Source of the DNA: Lama guanicoe
Taxonomy: Eukaryota
Direction: 5' to 3'
Assembly (NCBI GenBank): GCA_013239625.1
Contig: MU054662.1
Span: forward strand, 13,815,798 to 13,879,797
DNA: 64,000 nucleotides
Under the pieces are notes generated by a model. It made no database searches. It worked only from the letters and a program-made list of their open reading frames with translations, and was not told the DNA's origin. Positions 49,804 through 62,015 of the stretch are shown here, piece by piece (the first letter of the stretch is position 1; each line of letters begins with the position of its first letter). Both the position numbers and the translations under genes were made by a program.

Positions 49804-50071
49804 AATAAAGAAAATGCAACCCAAAAGCCAACGCACTGTCTGCTTCTGGATAAGGGAGTTGGGGCAAAGGGAGGCAGCGAAGCCCTCGGGTGCACAGGGA
49901 GGACAACTCCCCAGCACCAGGGAGGGTGGCGGGTGGGAAGTACTTAATCGCGTACAATGATTTCACGACTGGGAGGCAATCCCACGTGCGGGACGAGAAG
50001 AGAAAATGCTCAGAAACGTGCCTCCCACACGGACCCCCCTTCCAACAGCCCACGGCACACAGAACACACAG

Positions 50072-51911
50072 ATGGTTAGTGCAGGCAGACAGCCAGGTGC
50101 GAGCAGAGAACCGGGGACGCAGGACACACGGCAGGAACGGGGCAGAAAGGAGGGGCCCCAGCCACATGCAGGAAACCCTGCATCATGTGAGCACCAGCGG
50201 TCCCCGGGCAGAGAAAGAAAAGCCGGAACCTCTGGGAGGATAGGAAATCACACATTTTGGGGTGACAAGTGCCCTGGAGGCCGACAAAGAAAGGTGGGAA
50301 AAGGCAGGAATCTCCAGTGCCTGACTGTAACCTTGTGCTCATTCTGCCCTCATTTCAATAAAATCAGCCTCGCAGAGTAGAAGTACCCATGATGCTCCGA
50401 CGCTGTGACACTTCCGATCCAGACTAAGTAAGGACAGAAATCCCTCCTCCCCCCGGGAAGGGGAACCTGGGAGGAAAATCAGGGGATGCGACCCCAGGCC
50501 CTTCCCTCCCCAGTGACTGTTCCGCCCACTCATTTCTACACCCTGTGTAACCACTGTGCCAGAGAGACTCAGGGCAGCCGCTCACCTGAGCCTGCCCGCT
50601 CTCCCCTTGAGAGTGTGCCGTCCANNNNNNNNNNNNNNNNNNNNNNNNNNNNNNNNNNNNNNNNNNNNNNNNNNNNNNNNNNNNNNNNNNNNNNNNNNNN
50701 NNNNNNNNNNNNNNNNNNNNNNNNNNNNNNNNNNNNNNNNNNNNNNNNNNNNNNNNNNNNNNNNNNNNNNNNNNNNNNNNNNNNNNNNNNNNNGATGAGA
50801 CTGGGGCTGGCGGCCTCTGCTCATGACGTGACACACAGCTTAGTCCCCTGGACTCCTCGAGAGGAAGCAGCTCCTTGTTTGTGCAAGTTCATGGGAGGGG
50901 CTGGTGGGAAAACAATTCGTCTGGATGCTGAGTGTAAATGAAACAGCAGGAGGCTATGCTTTTAAAAACAAAACTCAATCATCCGGCCAACAATACCCGC
51001 AGGGTCTGCAGCCGGGGCCACGAGATCAAGCAGCGAACACGCGTGAACGTGAGTCCCTCCGCACCAGGCGCTGGAGAAAGACAGAAGATCCCTTCCACGC
51101 ACAGAATTCCACGGGGACATGGAAGGCTGGGAAAGACGTGATGGCCTCAACCAACCAGAGGACAAAGCAAGGCTCTACTTCTCTAAAGCGTACAATACTG
51201 ACTATAGAAACATGAGAAGGGACAGTCCATTGCGAGCTGAGATCATGGCTAACTGCTTCATCAACGTGTGGTTTGAGCTGGAGTTTGAACACAGTGACGG
51301 ATCCGCATCGCCGCTTAGAGGGCCAGGATGGAGGGTGCACAGGCCCGACCCAGGGGAACAGGACGCCACCGGAACGCCCACGGGCCGGGCGGAAGGGCCG
51401 GCAGGGCCACCTCTGTCTTGCCCCATAACTGCCAACCCTGGGTTAGAGGGTGTGTTGTCAGATTTCTGAAATCCCGTGGAACTTAAAACTCCCCACTCTC
51501 ACTATTCCTTGGTCTAATATGAAGATTTCAACTTATCCTCTGAAACGAAATTCTTATGAGCTGAGCTGACTCGATGAAATTCTCACAAGTTAAAGGGATG
51601 TGCGTTTACACACACTGGGATGGAGCAATGGAAATTCATTCAAATAAAGTTAATTAGGAAAGATCACCCAGAGCCCTTCCTTTCCTCCATTACTGCTGAA
51701 CTATAAGCAACTCAGGAAGGATTAGATAATTTGTGAGCACACTGGAGTCGCCAGCCCCTCCACTGAACAACATTCCTCATGAAAGCAGCGTGCTTGGATA
51801 CTGGTTACCGTTCAAGGTACCTGAACATCGGATGGTCTGGTCTCATCTTGGTTATGAAGCATTCACCAGTAAGCAAACATTTGGAAGAAAGCAAAAAATA
51901 CACATGTATAC

Positions 51912-51942
<31 letters not shown>

Positions 51943-52270
51943 ATATATACATACAACATAAAAATTATAGATAGATAGACAGATAGATGAGAGAGAGAGA
52001 GAAATAAAGAAAATGCAACCCAAAAGCCAACGCACTGTCTGCTTCTGGATAAGGGAGTTGGGGCAAAGGGAGGCAGCGAAGCCCTCGGGTGCACAGGGAG
52101 GACAACTCCCCAGCACCAGGGAGGGTGGCGGGTGGGAAGTACTTAATCGCGTACAATGATTTCACGACTGGGAGGCAATCCCACGTGCGGGACGAGAAGA
52201 GAAAATGCTCAGAAACGTGCCTCCCACACGGACCCCCCTTCCAACAGCCCACGGCACACAGAACACACAG
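50072..52270 (+). repeat. ~2.2 kb tandem segmental duplication, copy 2 (contains N gap)
   Basis: Runs from ATGGTTAGTGCAGG (50072) to GAACACACAG (52270). Includes a second copy of the LTR from 50073 into the gap. Confidence 0.93.
50625..50793. other. Assembly gap (169 N)
   Basis: Run of N. It corresponds to 48403-48586 (184 bp) of copy 1. Confidence 1.
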
Positions 52271-55200
52271 GACAAGCTGCTGTTCTCCTGCTGCTGATCC
52301 CCGAGTCTGCACATCACGGCTGGTGGCCGGTGGGTTCTTCAGAGTTTCACTCAGTAAGAGAGCTAGAACGTCACTCAAGAAAACAAAGAAGACCTGGGCC
52401 CTGTTAGAGCATCACGAAGGATGTGTGAGTCCCGTGGGACGTGGGACGGGACCTTCAGAAGACGTGGCACCACTCTAGTTCTGGGAGTGACCCTGACCTG
52501 TCACTGCTGGTGCGTTACCCACGGGCTGCTATCAGTCATTTACAACTTAGCATAAATTAGTGGTCAGAGAGCAGCTTGGAATTTGGGGGAGAGAAGAGCT
52601 CTAGAAGGTATGAAGAAACAACCACAGGAAGAGGGCATTCTGAGGAGAAGGAAAGTTGCAGGATAGGGTGTCCAAGGAGACTACTGCTTGTGGCAAGTCC
52701 CTCTGCATTACCCCCGGAGTCAAAGTGAACCAGGGAGACTGGAAACTTCAGGGTTCCCCCGCTGTGCTCCTGGTGTAGACCTAAACTTCCATAACTACCA
52801 GGAAGCTTCGTGTGAACACGGCTCTTTCTCAGTCAGGTTTAGGTGTAAAATTGTTAACTGATGGAGGCGGCAGATTCGAGGGCTTTCCTTTGCATCTTAC
52901 AAAGCTCTCTGAAAATTGGAGACGCTCACGCGAGGAAGGACGGGGTGAGATGGCTGAATCCGCCCGTGAGGTACGATCCTGCAGCCGGCAGGTAGGACAC
53001 GTCTGGACTCATCCGTGCGGCAAATGTCTGCTGGGAAATGGAGCCGCCATTCACTCTGCCCTCAGCCCTTCAGCACTAAGATCGCAAGAAGCGGGGAGGA
53101 AACCAGCTGGGAATTAACGCGTGACACTCATGAGACCCAGTGCCCCGGCCCCTCTCCTTGAAGGAACAGCGAAGATCAAGAAGCCACAAAACTCACAGAA
53201 TCAACTCAGCAAGCAACAGACGCGACACTGAACACTTCACAGCAGGCCGCAAGCTCGGAGCTGGTGGGTTCCCACCTCACAGAAGCAGCAGCCGCCCCCG
53301 GAGTGCGCATCTCTAAGTCACAACGTGCACTTGGATTCCGCTGACGCAGCCATGACACCAACGCTCAGGCTTCCTAGAAGGATGAACAGCCCCCGTCCCC
53401 GAATCCACTGCTGCAGCAGAGCGGACGAAGGGCACAGACATCGCCGTGAAAGTAAACAAGGGGTCCCCTGAAGCACAGTCCTGACCCCCCGGCCAGCTCC
53501 TCCTCCCCAGGGTACCCGTGGGGAGTCTTTCCTAGCAAGAAAGCATCTTAAACGACATAATGGAGATTGACAGGAAAACGGAACCCACTTAAGGCAATTT
53601 GCTTTGTAACCAAATTTCCTGAACTCTGTCTTCTGTGGAAGGAGACCCCTGACGCCAAGACCTGGGCCATAAATGTCACCACGTGGCGGCCCTGGGGCTC
53701 AGGTGGGTAACACCCCTCCCCCTGGAGCGTCTCACCCAGAACCTCATTCCTAAATCTGCCCTCCCCCCTCGTCCCCTTGCTCCTGTTCCCATCCGAAGAG
53801 GAAAACCCTCCTTGTGAGAACCTAGTAAAGTAAGAGACATGAAGCCAAAGGCACAGCGCCTGCCTCACAGGGGCTCAAGGAGCATGACGCCCCTCTGCTC
53901 TCCAGTCCTGCGGGCTCCCCGCCTCTCACGGAGGGCCACGCGGCACGGGGAGCGGGACGGTGGGGGGCTGGCGGGCTCAGAAATCGTTTCTCTGCGCATG
54001 AACCAGGAGCTGAAGAGCCTTCCCTTCCCTCCAGCTGAGAAAGCGGAGAACTCAGCTTCCAGGAGGCCCAGAGGCTGCCTGCGAGCATTTCAGTGCCTCA
54101 CCCATGGGTCCGCAGTCCCTGTTAATTAAATCAATCACGGTAAGCAATGTCTATTACACCACGCGGATCATCTTCCCTAATCGTCCCCTAAGGCCAAATC
54201 CCACCACTCGCGGTCCCCCTCCACCCCCAGGTGTGTCCCCTGGAGAGGCGCACCCACGCGTCTCCAGGGCGTCCTGGGAACGCCTGCAGGCGCTCTCTTC
54301 AGAGCCAGGGCCTTTTTCTGTTGATCATAAACAGTTCGTCCTAGAATTACAGGAGCAGGAGCCAAGATCAATGGCGAGCTGATTTACAGCCGCTCTTACC
54401 AACAGCTTGTGGAAATCAGAAATAAATACGGGGTCAAATGGCTCGCCAGTAATTTGACATTGGTAATCTGGCTTATTTAGAAGTCTTAAATAATAAGGAC
54501 CTTCACGTCTTCATTTCACCGGCAAGAGCACCAGCGCGTGCCTGAGGGGCCTCTCAGAGCAGAGAGGGTGCTGCTCCGTGCATCACAGTGGAAGCACCCT
54601 CCTGCTCTCCGAAACGCAGCAGCCGAGCCGCGTGCGCAGCAGGATGTGTCACAGTGTCACAGCCAGCGTAAAGGCAACCCGAGCAGCCGCAGAACGGCCC
54701 ATGGGAGCTGCTCTTGGTCCTGAAATTCCGTCTGCGTGTCTCTCTGCAGATCGTTTCATGAGTCAGTAAACAGTGCCCGGGTCCACGATGAGTACCACAG
54801 AGAAGTGGCTCAGAAGGGCCACAGATCGAAATGAAAACCAATGCAAAGTATCAAAAAACGAGGCCCACTCCGAAACAGAATCACTTCGGGAGAATGACGA
54901 CGGTGCTTACGTCTGACGATGACTTGACTCAGCCAGTCCAGAGCCGGCTTCGACTTCAGTTTATAAGGAAAATCTTCTTGTCGTGGAATTGCTATAAAAC
55001 GTGAGGTTTAGGTACACAGAACAGCCTGCCAGATGCGCAGCGCACCTGCGAGCTGCGGTCCCCCTTCGCTGTGAGAGCTGTCGGGGGCTTTTGTGAACAC
55101 ACAATGGCCAAAGTGTGAATGTTACACAATTGCAGAAGAGTCTGATCTGATGAAATGGGATCAGAGGCCTCGGGGGAGACCTAGCCCATCTCCCTCCTGG

Positions 55201-55789
55201 CAGTTCGGCTAAAGGACGAAAGGGCAAGGAGAAGCAGGTTCCACAGTTCGATGCTGGTTCACCATCTGCCTGGCGTCAGTGCCTCCTTACGGTCAGCACG
55301 GGTCTGTCCTGCCACAAAGGCCTTCTAATTCTTCCAGTTTTATCCTTAACAGAGACACACACAACTGACCACGCGATGGGTTGTCCTATAACTGAAAACT
55401 GGCCAACTTCAGGGCAGTACTTGTGTGGCTAAGAGAGTGAGACCCCTGCACCCCTGTACTGTGGACACGCCGGGCAGCCCCTTCCGATGCTCGGCAGCTT
55501 GGAGACCACGCAGACGTGAAGCGAGGCCACTGGCCACGTCACCAGGCGGCCACAGCTCTGCCCTCTGGCATCTCGCTCCCCCGCCCACCACCCCTCCGTC
55601 GCCGAGTCCACCGGCGCGGCATCTCACAGCGCGTCGAAGCCCATTTTGAAAGTAAAAGCAAGCAAGGGCAGAGGCAGCAAAGCAGTGTGAGCAGTGGCAG
55701 CCACGGCGGGAGGAAGCGCGGGACGCCCCCACAGCCGCGAGGAGGGGAGGGCGTCGACCCCGGCCGTCAGGGTTTCGGGCGGGAAGGCC

Positions 55790-55870
55790 CTGAGACTGAG
55801 GCCAGGAGAGGCCGTGGCCGAGATCACACAGCTCATCCGGGACGCGGACGAGCCTGGAATGGAACTTCCA
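55790..55870 (-). mobile_element. MIR fragment
   Basis: GAGACTGAGGCCAGGAGAGG..GGCCGAGATCACACAGCT. Confidence 0.5.
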
Positions 55871-56519
55871 GTTTTGGTTTCTGTGCCCTTTCCGCTGCAT
55901 CACATCACGCAGTCTCCTTCCACGCGGCATGCAGGGCAGAACACACGCACACGGGAGCAGCTGGGAGAAGGCTGAAACACAGAGCCTGCTCGTGGGTCGT
56001 CCACTCGCCCTTTCCTGAGCCTCCCTTCAGCTGCTCACGCACCCACGGAGCAGGCTCCGTTATCCTCCCCGACTTGGGTCACATGTCCCCTCCTCTGAGC
56101 CCCCACCTTAACCCCATCCGAGGAGGGGGCGTGGTGAAAGGCGGTAATGTCGACTTTGGTTTCAGAGGCAGGCAGCAGACGGCGGACGGACGGGGACTGA
56201 ACTCAGGTCTGCTTTGATTCCAACGCCCGCACTGTTGGCTGTGCCGCCTTCAGCGTGACCAGCGAGGCTGAAGGAGGCGCCCTCAGGAAGTGCTGGGGCC
56301 GCCGGAGACACCGCTCACCCTTATTTCTCTTCTCTCACTCCCAAGTTCCCGCTTCTGTTTTGTCTCCCAGGAAAATCATCGTGGACTTACTGCTCTCAGA
56401 GTGTTTTTATTAATCAAAAGACTTAATAGGTTTTTTTTTCTCAGTCAGTGAACATATATAGAATTCCGAATTAGGTTCAGTGCAAGGAGCTCACGAACTA
56501 ATAACCCAATGATGAGATA

Positions 56520-56760
56520 AGAAGCACGTTGGGAAGCACTCTCTATGCCGCACCAGCAACGTGAGCCTTATCTTATGGGCTAAAGGGAGATATTGAAGAA
56601 TTTTAAGCAGCAGAGTGGTATAATCTGATTTTTATTTTAGGTGAATCAGTCTGACTTCCATGTGAATAATGGATCAGAGGTGGAAAAAAACCTCTAGGAA
56701 TTCCAGTGTCAGGGGTCTAGCTGCAGAGAAATGAGGAAGGCTCAGTTTAGGCAGCGGACG
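56520..56760 (-). mobile_element. L2 fragment (left half of an element split by L1)
   Basis: TTGAAGAATTTTAAGCAGCAGAGTGGTATAATCTGATTTTTATTTTAGG..CAGTCTGACT is a typical reverse-L2 segment. Confidence 0.7.
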
Positions 56761-56764
56761 ATTG

Positions 56765-58170
56765 TAAGAATAAAAACAAAAGAACTAGCCCCAAATACGA
56801 TACTCCATCTAGGCGGCACTTTTTTTCTCCTAAGGGCGTGGATTAGCAAGTCTGCAGTAATTTTACTTGAGCACTAGGGTTGAATGAGTAAGTAAATAAA
56901 TTGTGGGCAAAGACAGCCAGGTTCTCACCGTTGGAGGAAGAGGTTGCAGACAAAGAAAGGGAGATGTTGTTGTTAGTGTTGGGGGTACCATTATGGGCTC
57001 ATGGGGTCCACACACACACACACACACGCACACACACACAGATATAGAGTGATGAGTGTCCCGCACAGGAGTTCGCACGCCCCTCTCCTTCCCGGCCCCA
57101 CCTGCTGGGCAGGACCAGGTGCAGTCACCCCACAGCAGCGCCGAGCACACCGAGCCCCGAGACCCTGGCTTCTCTGGTGAGAACACCTGGGCTCCTTGAA
57201 CAGGCAGGCTCAAGGGAAAACATCACATGCGTCTGCAGCGTTCCCCAGTGCCAGCAAGTAAGAAAGGGCTCTAAAGGAGAGAGAGGGATGTGTCTGGACT
57301 GAAAAGTTAGAGGCGCCAACTTGACCTCCACCAACAGCCAAGGACTCAAGCTGGAACAACTTGAGAAACAAAATAAGTAACACAGATGGAAGAAACAGCC
57401 ACGAGTCCCTAGTGACATAAGTAACCGAATGCATACACAGAGGAGACGGGTCTTCCTTTCAGAAGAATTCCAATTAGCAAACATAGAAAAAAATAGAGAA
57501 ACAGCAAAATCACTGTTAGAAGCCGACAGTGATCATTGCTCCTGCAAGAGCCACCAATCAGGGCTAAAATTCATGGGCAAAAGTTTAGGCAGAAACAGGG
57601 GATGTTTTTCCCTCCAAATATTTGGAAACAACTTTCCAAAGGGGACTTCTAGCAGACACAACCCTCACAGCACCAGCGGCCATGTCGCCGGCCACCGACA
57701 CGGGTCAGTATCAGGCACCTGCCTGTCATCAAGACCTGGGAGCAGCTCGCGACGCTCCGGGATCTTCCCCAGCGACTCGGACTAGTCGTGAGAAAACATC
57801 AGTAGAACCTAAGTTGTGGGCCGTTTACAAAGTAATGAACAGTGTTCTTTGAAAGTGTCAAGGTTACCAAGGGTAAAGAGACTGAGGAACCGTCACAGGC
57901 AGCAGGAGACCAAGACGACACTGAACGCAACCCAGGGTCCTGGAGTGGATCGTGGAACGGGAAACTGGCATTACTGGGAAAACTGGTGAAACCTGAGCAT
58001 GCTCTGTGTACTAGTTAACAGAGCCCTGAACTGGTTAGGTTCGATAATTAGCTTCTGACGGTGCAGGATGCTGACAGGAGAGGAAACTGGGGGCGGGGTA
58101 TTTGGAACGCTCTGTACTTCTGCTGCAACTTTTCTGAACTTAAATTTATTTCTAAGAGAAAAGTTAAGCA
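56765..58170 (+). mobile_element. Old L1 3' end (L1MC/L1MD-like) with internal (CA)n
   Basis: AGTAAGTAAATAAATTGTGG..CAGGTTCTCACCGTTGGAG, TCTTTGAAAGTGTCAAGGT..GACTGAGGAAC, GAGGAAACTGGGG..TCTGTACTTCTGCTGCAACTTTTCTG..AAAAGTT. Confidence 0.75.
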
Positions 58171-58174
58171 ATTC

Positions 58175-58520
58175 TAGGCAGTGGACTGGAGATGGAGAGA
58201 CAGGAGGCAGAGCGTACATGACCAGCGGAGGGTCAGGGAGAAGAGGCTTCGGGCTGGGTGGCGTCGCCTGCCACCGGGGAGGTGACCTGGGGACGCAGGT
58301 GTGGAGGGCAGCGAGGACCTCACCTTGAGGCGCACTGAGTTTGAGGTGCTCCTGGGACATCGGGTGGACACGCCAGGTAGACGGCTGGATGAGCGTGTCC
58401 AGAGTCTGAGGGAGAGAGGCCATCACTGCGGAGCAGTCAGCATCTCCGGGCTCCTCAGAGGCGTGAGAAGGGCTGGGTCACAGAGGAGCAGCACGGAGGG
58501 TGAAGACACAGGGTCTGCAG
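58175..58520 (-). mobile_element. L2 fragment (right half)
   Basis: CTGAGTTTGAGGTGCTCCTGGGACATCGGGTGGACACGCCAGGTAGACGGCTGGATGAGCGTGTCCAGAGTCTGAGGGAGAGA. Confidence 0.7.
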
Positions 58521-60939
58521 CATGGAGTCAAATGTCCCTCTTGTCCACAGTCGGCTTCCTTTACCCGTCCTTGTGGATCAGGGGACACGGCTTACTCATT
58601 TCTGTGTTGTCACCGCTTAGGTTGTGCAGGGTGGATGCCGTTTCCGTAAACGGACGGAGGGGAAAGTGCCTCCTCCCTGGAGACCAGGAGTCCACAGACG
58701 TTCACACCTCTCGCTGAGTGTGTCTTATTCACCCTCTTTGCATCTCAGGTGTTATTTAAAAGGCATCTCCCTAGTTTGAAACTGCAGGTAACTGGCAGAA
58801 CGGATCCCTCAAATACGGCGTAAAATCAGGTTACATCGGATCTATTTATCTCCCTGACCACGTTAATAGGACAGCAAAACCATTGAGAAACAGTCTTAGG
58901 TTTTTTTTTTTTTTAAGTAGGAAATGCACGGCCTGGAGCCCTCTGCTCTGCGGGGGTCCTGTCTAGCACACAGGCGCTCACTGCACTCCAACCTTCCTTG
59001 CTGAATGTGGAAAAGTCATTCTTCCCTGAGTGGACTGTTTCCAGCCACGATTCGGGGGGAAGGACTCAGTCCACACCAACTGAGAATTCTCCACCTGACC
59101 TCCAGCCTCAAACCGAACGCAGGACCCACTCCCCTCCGCACGTCCCCTCAGCGCAGAGTCCCCGCCTCCGCTCCCCGGCGCCTTCGGAAAACTCCCCGTG
59201 CGCTATGCAAATGTACCACTAACACAGTTTGTTCTGGAAAACAGTAAAATATAATGATATTTAAAAAGACAAGTGGCTGCTGCAATTCTCATATCCTCGC
59301 ACTATTTGGGAAAATCGCGTTTACCTGAATATTTTAGGCTTCACAATTGCCGACCAGATGGCAGGCAGCAATACAAACGGCAATGTGAGCTCCAGCCCCT
59401 TCCGTGTGCCGTGCAGCGGACCCCGCGCAGAATCCGGTTCTGTCCCCGCGGGGTTGGTTCTTCCCTCCCCTCTTTCAGGTTTATTTTCTCGTGCTAACGT
59501 TTTAAGGGAAAAAAAATCATTTGAAATACTGCTGCAGATCGTTAATCCATCACCTCTGCCCTCACTGCTTTTTCCTTGAAGCTCTTCCAGGGGTGGACAT
59601 CAGGGAGGGAGGGTAGCCAGCGGGGAAGGGGGAGACACAAAACCAGAAGAAAGGGTTCTGGGCAGTTCAGTTCTCATTATAGAGCGTGCACTGAGCGTTT
59701 GGCCCAGACTTTCCAGAGCTTGTCAGCGAGGACGCGGCATCACGTGTGGCGTCCGGGTTCTGAGAGCAAAGGGCCCAGCCTTGCTCAATGGGCGCTGGGG
59801 GCCGCACCAGCCATGGGAGGTGAAAGGAGCTCTCAGGAGGGAGCCAGGTCATGCTGGCCGAAAGCAGCCTGATCCAGAAGGAGCTGAGGAGCTGGGATGG
59901 GATTTGCAGTGCGGCCAGGCAGCAGAGCGGTGGGGCCCCTCCACGGGAGTGGGGTTCAGCGTCGGGGGCCAGTCAGGGCCACGGCCAAGCTTCAGAGCCG
60001 CTAGAGCATTAAAGCAGGCATTCGGGCACAGAACCGGGCAGGACAGACGGAGGACAGTGTGACAGCTGGACGCTTGTGACAGAAACATCACGATGCTTCC
60101 CCACCAGGGCTGGGCAGCGGTCGGAGCAGGACAGGTGCAGAAGTGGGGCTGGGCGGAAACGGGCAATTCACGGCGCGGATCCACTGCTCCCCACCGCAGA
60201 GTCCCACCCCGTGCTCGGGGCCCGGCCAGGCCGTGACCTCTCAGATGTCCATGCGTCAGATCACAGGAGGGGACGGCGCGAGGCAGGAGGCCAGCTGGAC
60301 ATGCACGTGCTGGAGATCTTTACCCGCCCTCTGTTCAGCAGAGACCGAGAACGCATTCATAGCCAAATCCTTCCCCAAATGTTACAGCAAGTGCGTTCGA
60401 GTAACACACGTGTGCAGCTAACGAGGCCCACCTAGTGAACCTGGCGGAGACCACCCCGCAAGCCGCCCACCATGTCAGCAACCACAGAGCACCTCCTAGA
60501 AAGACTCCTGTCCTGTGAGGGTTCTCTGCTCCCTCCCGTCTCGCCCACCCGCCCCCTGTCTGGACTGGCGGCTGAATCCGAGCAGAGAGAATGACGTAAC
60601 AGAGCGAGCTGAGCCCTGAACAGGCTGTTGAAATTAGTTCGGAGGCCTGGGCGATTGTCTAGACCTTCCCTTTGCTCAGCCTGTGCAAACACAGAATGAA
60701 TGATTGATCAAAGGTGGAGCAGCCACGTAACGATCAAAAGAAAACCAGACGAGCTCAAAGAAACCGTATCATCTCAGGCTGGGAGGGAAGTAACGCTTTC
60801 AGACCCCAGCCCAGGCTCTCCTCTCCTGCCCATCAGTCTGTCGTCCACGAGGGGCCGCTCCTTGATTAGACAGAGAAGGGGGAGAATAAACACACGCGCT
60901 TCAAGACTGACGGCAGCTGGAACTCGGTCCACAGGACGT

Positions 60940-61060
60940 TCGACCACGTGCCCAGCAGTCATTTAACTTCTCTGAGCCTCAATTTTCTCAGCGCAAAGTC
61001 AGGAAACACCATCTTTCTCTCAGGTTTATGTTGATAAAAGGGCGAGATGTGCATTTAAAC
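60940..61060 (+). mobile_element. MIR fragment
   Basis: AGTCATTTAACTTCTCTGAGCCTCAATTTTCTCA. Confidence 0.75.
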
Positions 61061-61189
61061 TCCTCCTACACAGGAAGTACCCCAACAACACACGCGACAC
61101 TGACGCAAGAGGATGAATGAACGAATGACTGGACGCACGGCGACCCTGCCTGAGGAGCCTCTGCACGTGGACCACACGAGCCTGCCTTT

Positions 61190-61390
61190 CGCCTTCGCCG
61201 TGTTCAATCACCACCCGACTTTACACGTTTCTTTACTTACACACTATCTGCTTTCCCTACTAAGATACAAATGTCCCCTGGGCAGCAAGTTGGCCTTGTT
61301 CACTGCCATTTCCCCGGGACCAGGACAAAGCTTACATTTGTCAGACATTCAGCGAACGTGGGCGACATGGATGGATGGACGGATGGATGA
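61190..61390 (+). mobile_element. L2 3' end with (GGAT)n tail
   Basis: CTACTAAGATACAAATGTCCCCTGGGCAG..CTTGTTCACTGCCATTTCCCC..ATGGATGGATGGACGGATGGATG. Confidence 0.65.
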
Positions 61391-61520
61391 GGCAGGAAGG
61401 TTTTGAACCCAGATCTGCCACACTCCAGAGCCCGCGCCTTGACCACGAAGCCACACTGACTCCTCAAGCACGAATGGACCCCGAGACGATGGAGCAGACG
61501 TGCGCCAACAGTGCCCCGGG

Positions 61521-62015
61521 TCTGGCAGACAGAACTGCCCCAAGCACGCCCACACCCCAGCTCCCGGGACCTGAGGGTGCATCTCTTTACATCACCAGAA
61601 GGACACTGCAGGTGTGACTCAGTCTGGAGCAGAAACACGGGGAGGCTGTGCCAGGTTGCCCAGCGGCCCAGCTCGCCCATGCGGGTCCTCAAAAGCAGAG
61701 ACCCTCTCGAGGCTGCGGTCAGAGACAGAGGTGTGGGAGTGAGGCCGGTTGGGGCGATGCCGCGCTGTTGGTTCTGCGGGTGGAGGAAGGGTGCCGTGGG
61801 CCGAGGAATGCAGGCACCGCTGGAAGGTGGGGGAAAGGCCTGGAAAAGGGTTTCCTCCTAGAACTCCAGGAAGGAGCGCAGCCCTGCCAAAGCCCTGATT
61901 TCAGCCTAGGAGGCCCAAGTCAGACGTCTGAACCACAGAACCACAGGGCGGCGAGTCCGTGCAGTGTGAAGCCACAAGGCTCACGGTAACGCTCTGGCAG
62001 CGACAGAAACCAGCT
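61521..62015 (+). mobile_element. MLT1D-like solo LTR
   Basis: GGAGGAAGGG..GCCGAGGAATGCAGGCA..TCCTCCTAGAACTCCAGGAAGGAGCGCAGCCCTGCCAA..TGATTTCAGCC..TCTGAACCACAGAAC..GAAGCCAC. Confidence 0.8.

Larger units (their letters stand above)
47850..50071 (+). repeat. ~2.2 kb tandem segmental duplication, copy 1
   Basis: Runs from ATGGTTAGTGCAGG (47850) to AGAACACACAG (50071) and is repeated immediately downstream. The ORF track is also duplicated. Confidence 0.95.

Noticed and set aside
47851-50720. Intact provirus or LTR retrotransposon (two similar LTRs 1.58 kb apart)
   Set aside because: The internal segment has no gag/pol/env similarity or evident PBS/PPT and is itself repeated after the second LTR. 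This is a tandem duplication, not a provirus.
47850-52270. Pure haplotype-overlap artefact at the N gap
   Set aside because: The novel junction lies ~550 bp before the gap in called sequence, and the diverged blocks (~4-5%) exceed allelic levels. A partial artefact in the identical blocks remains possible.
28316-53578. Exact 15-mer AGATTGACAGGAAAA at 28316-28330 and 53564-53578
   Set aside because: A few 15-mer coincidences are expected by chance in 64 kb. It is kept only as a motif observation, not as a repeat family.
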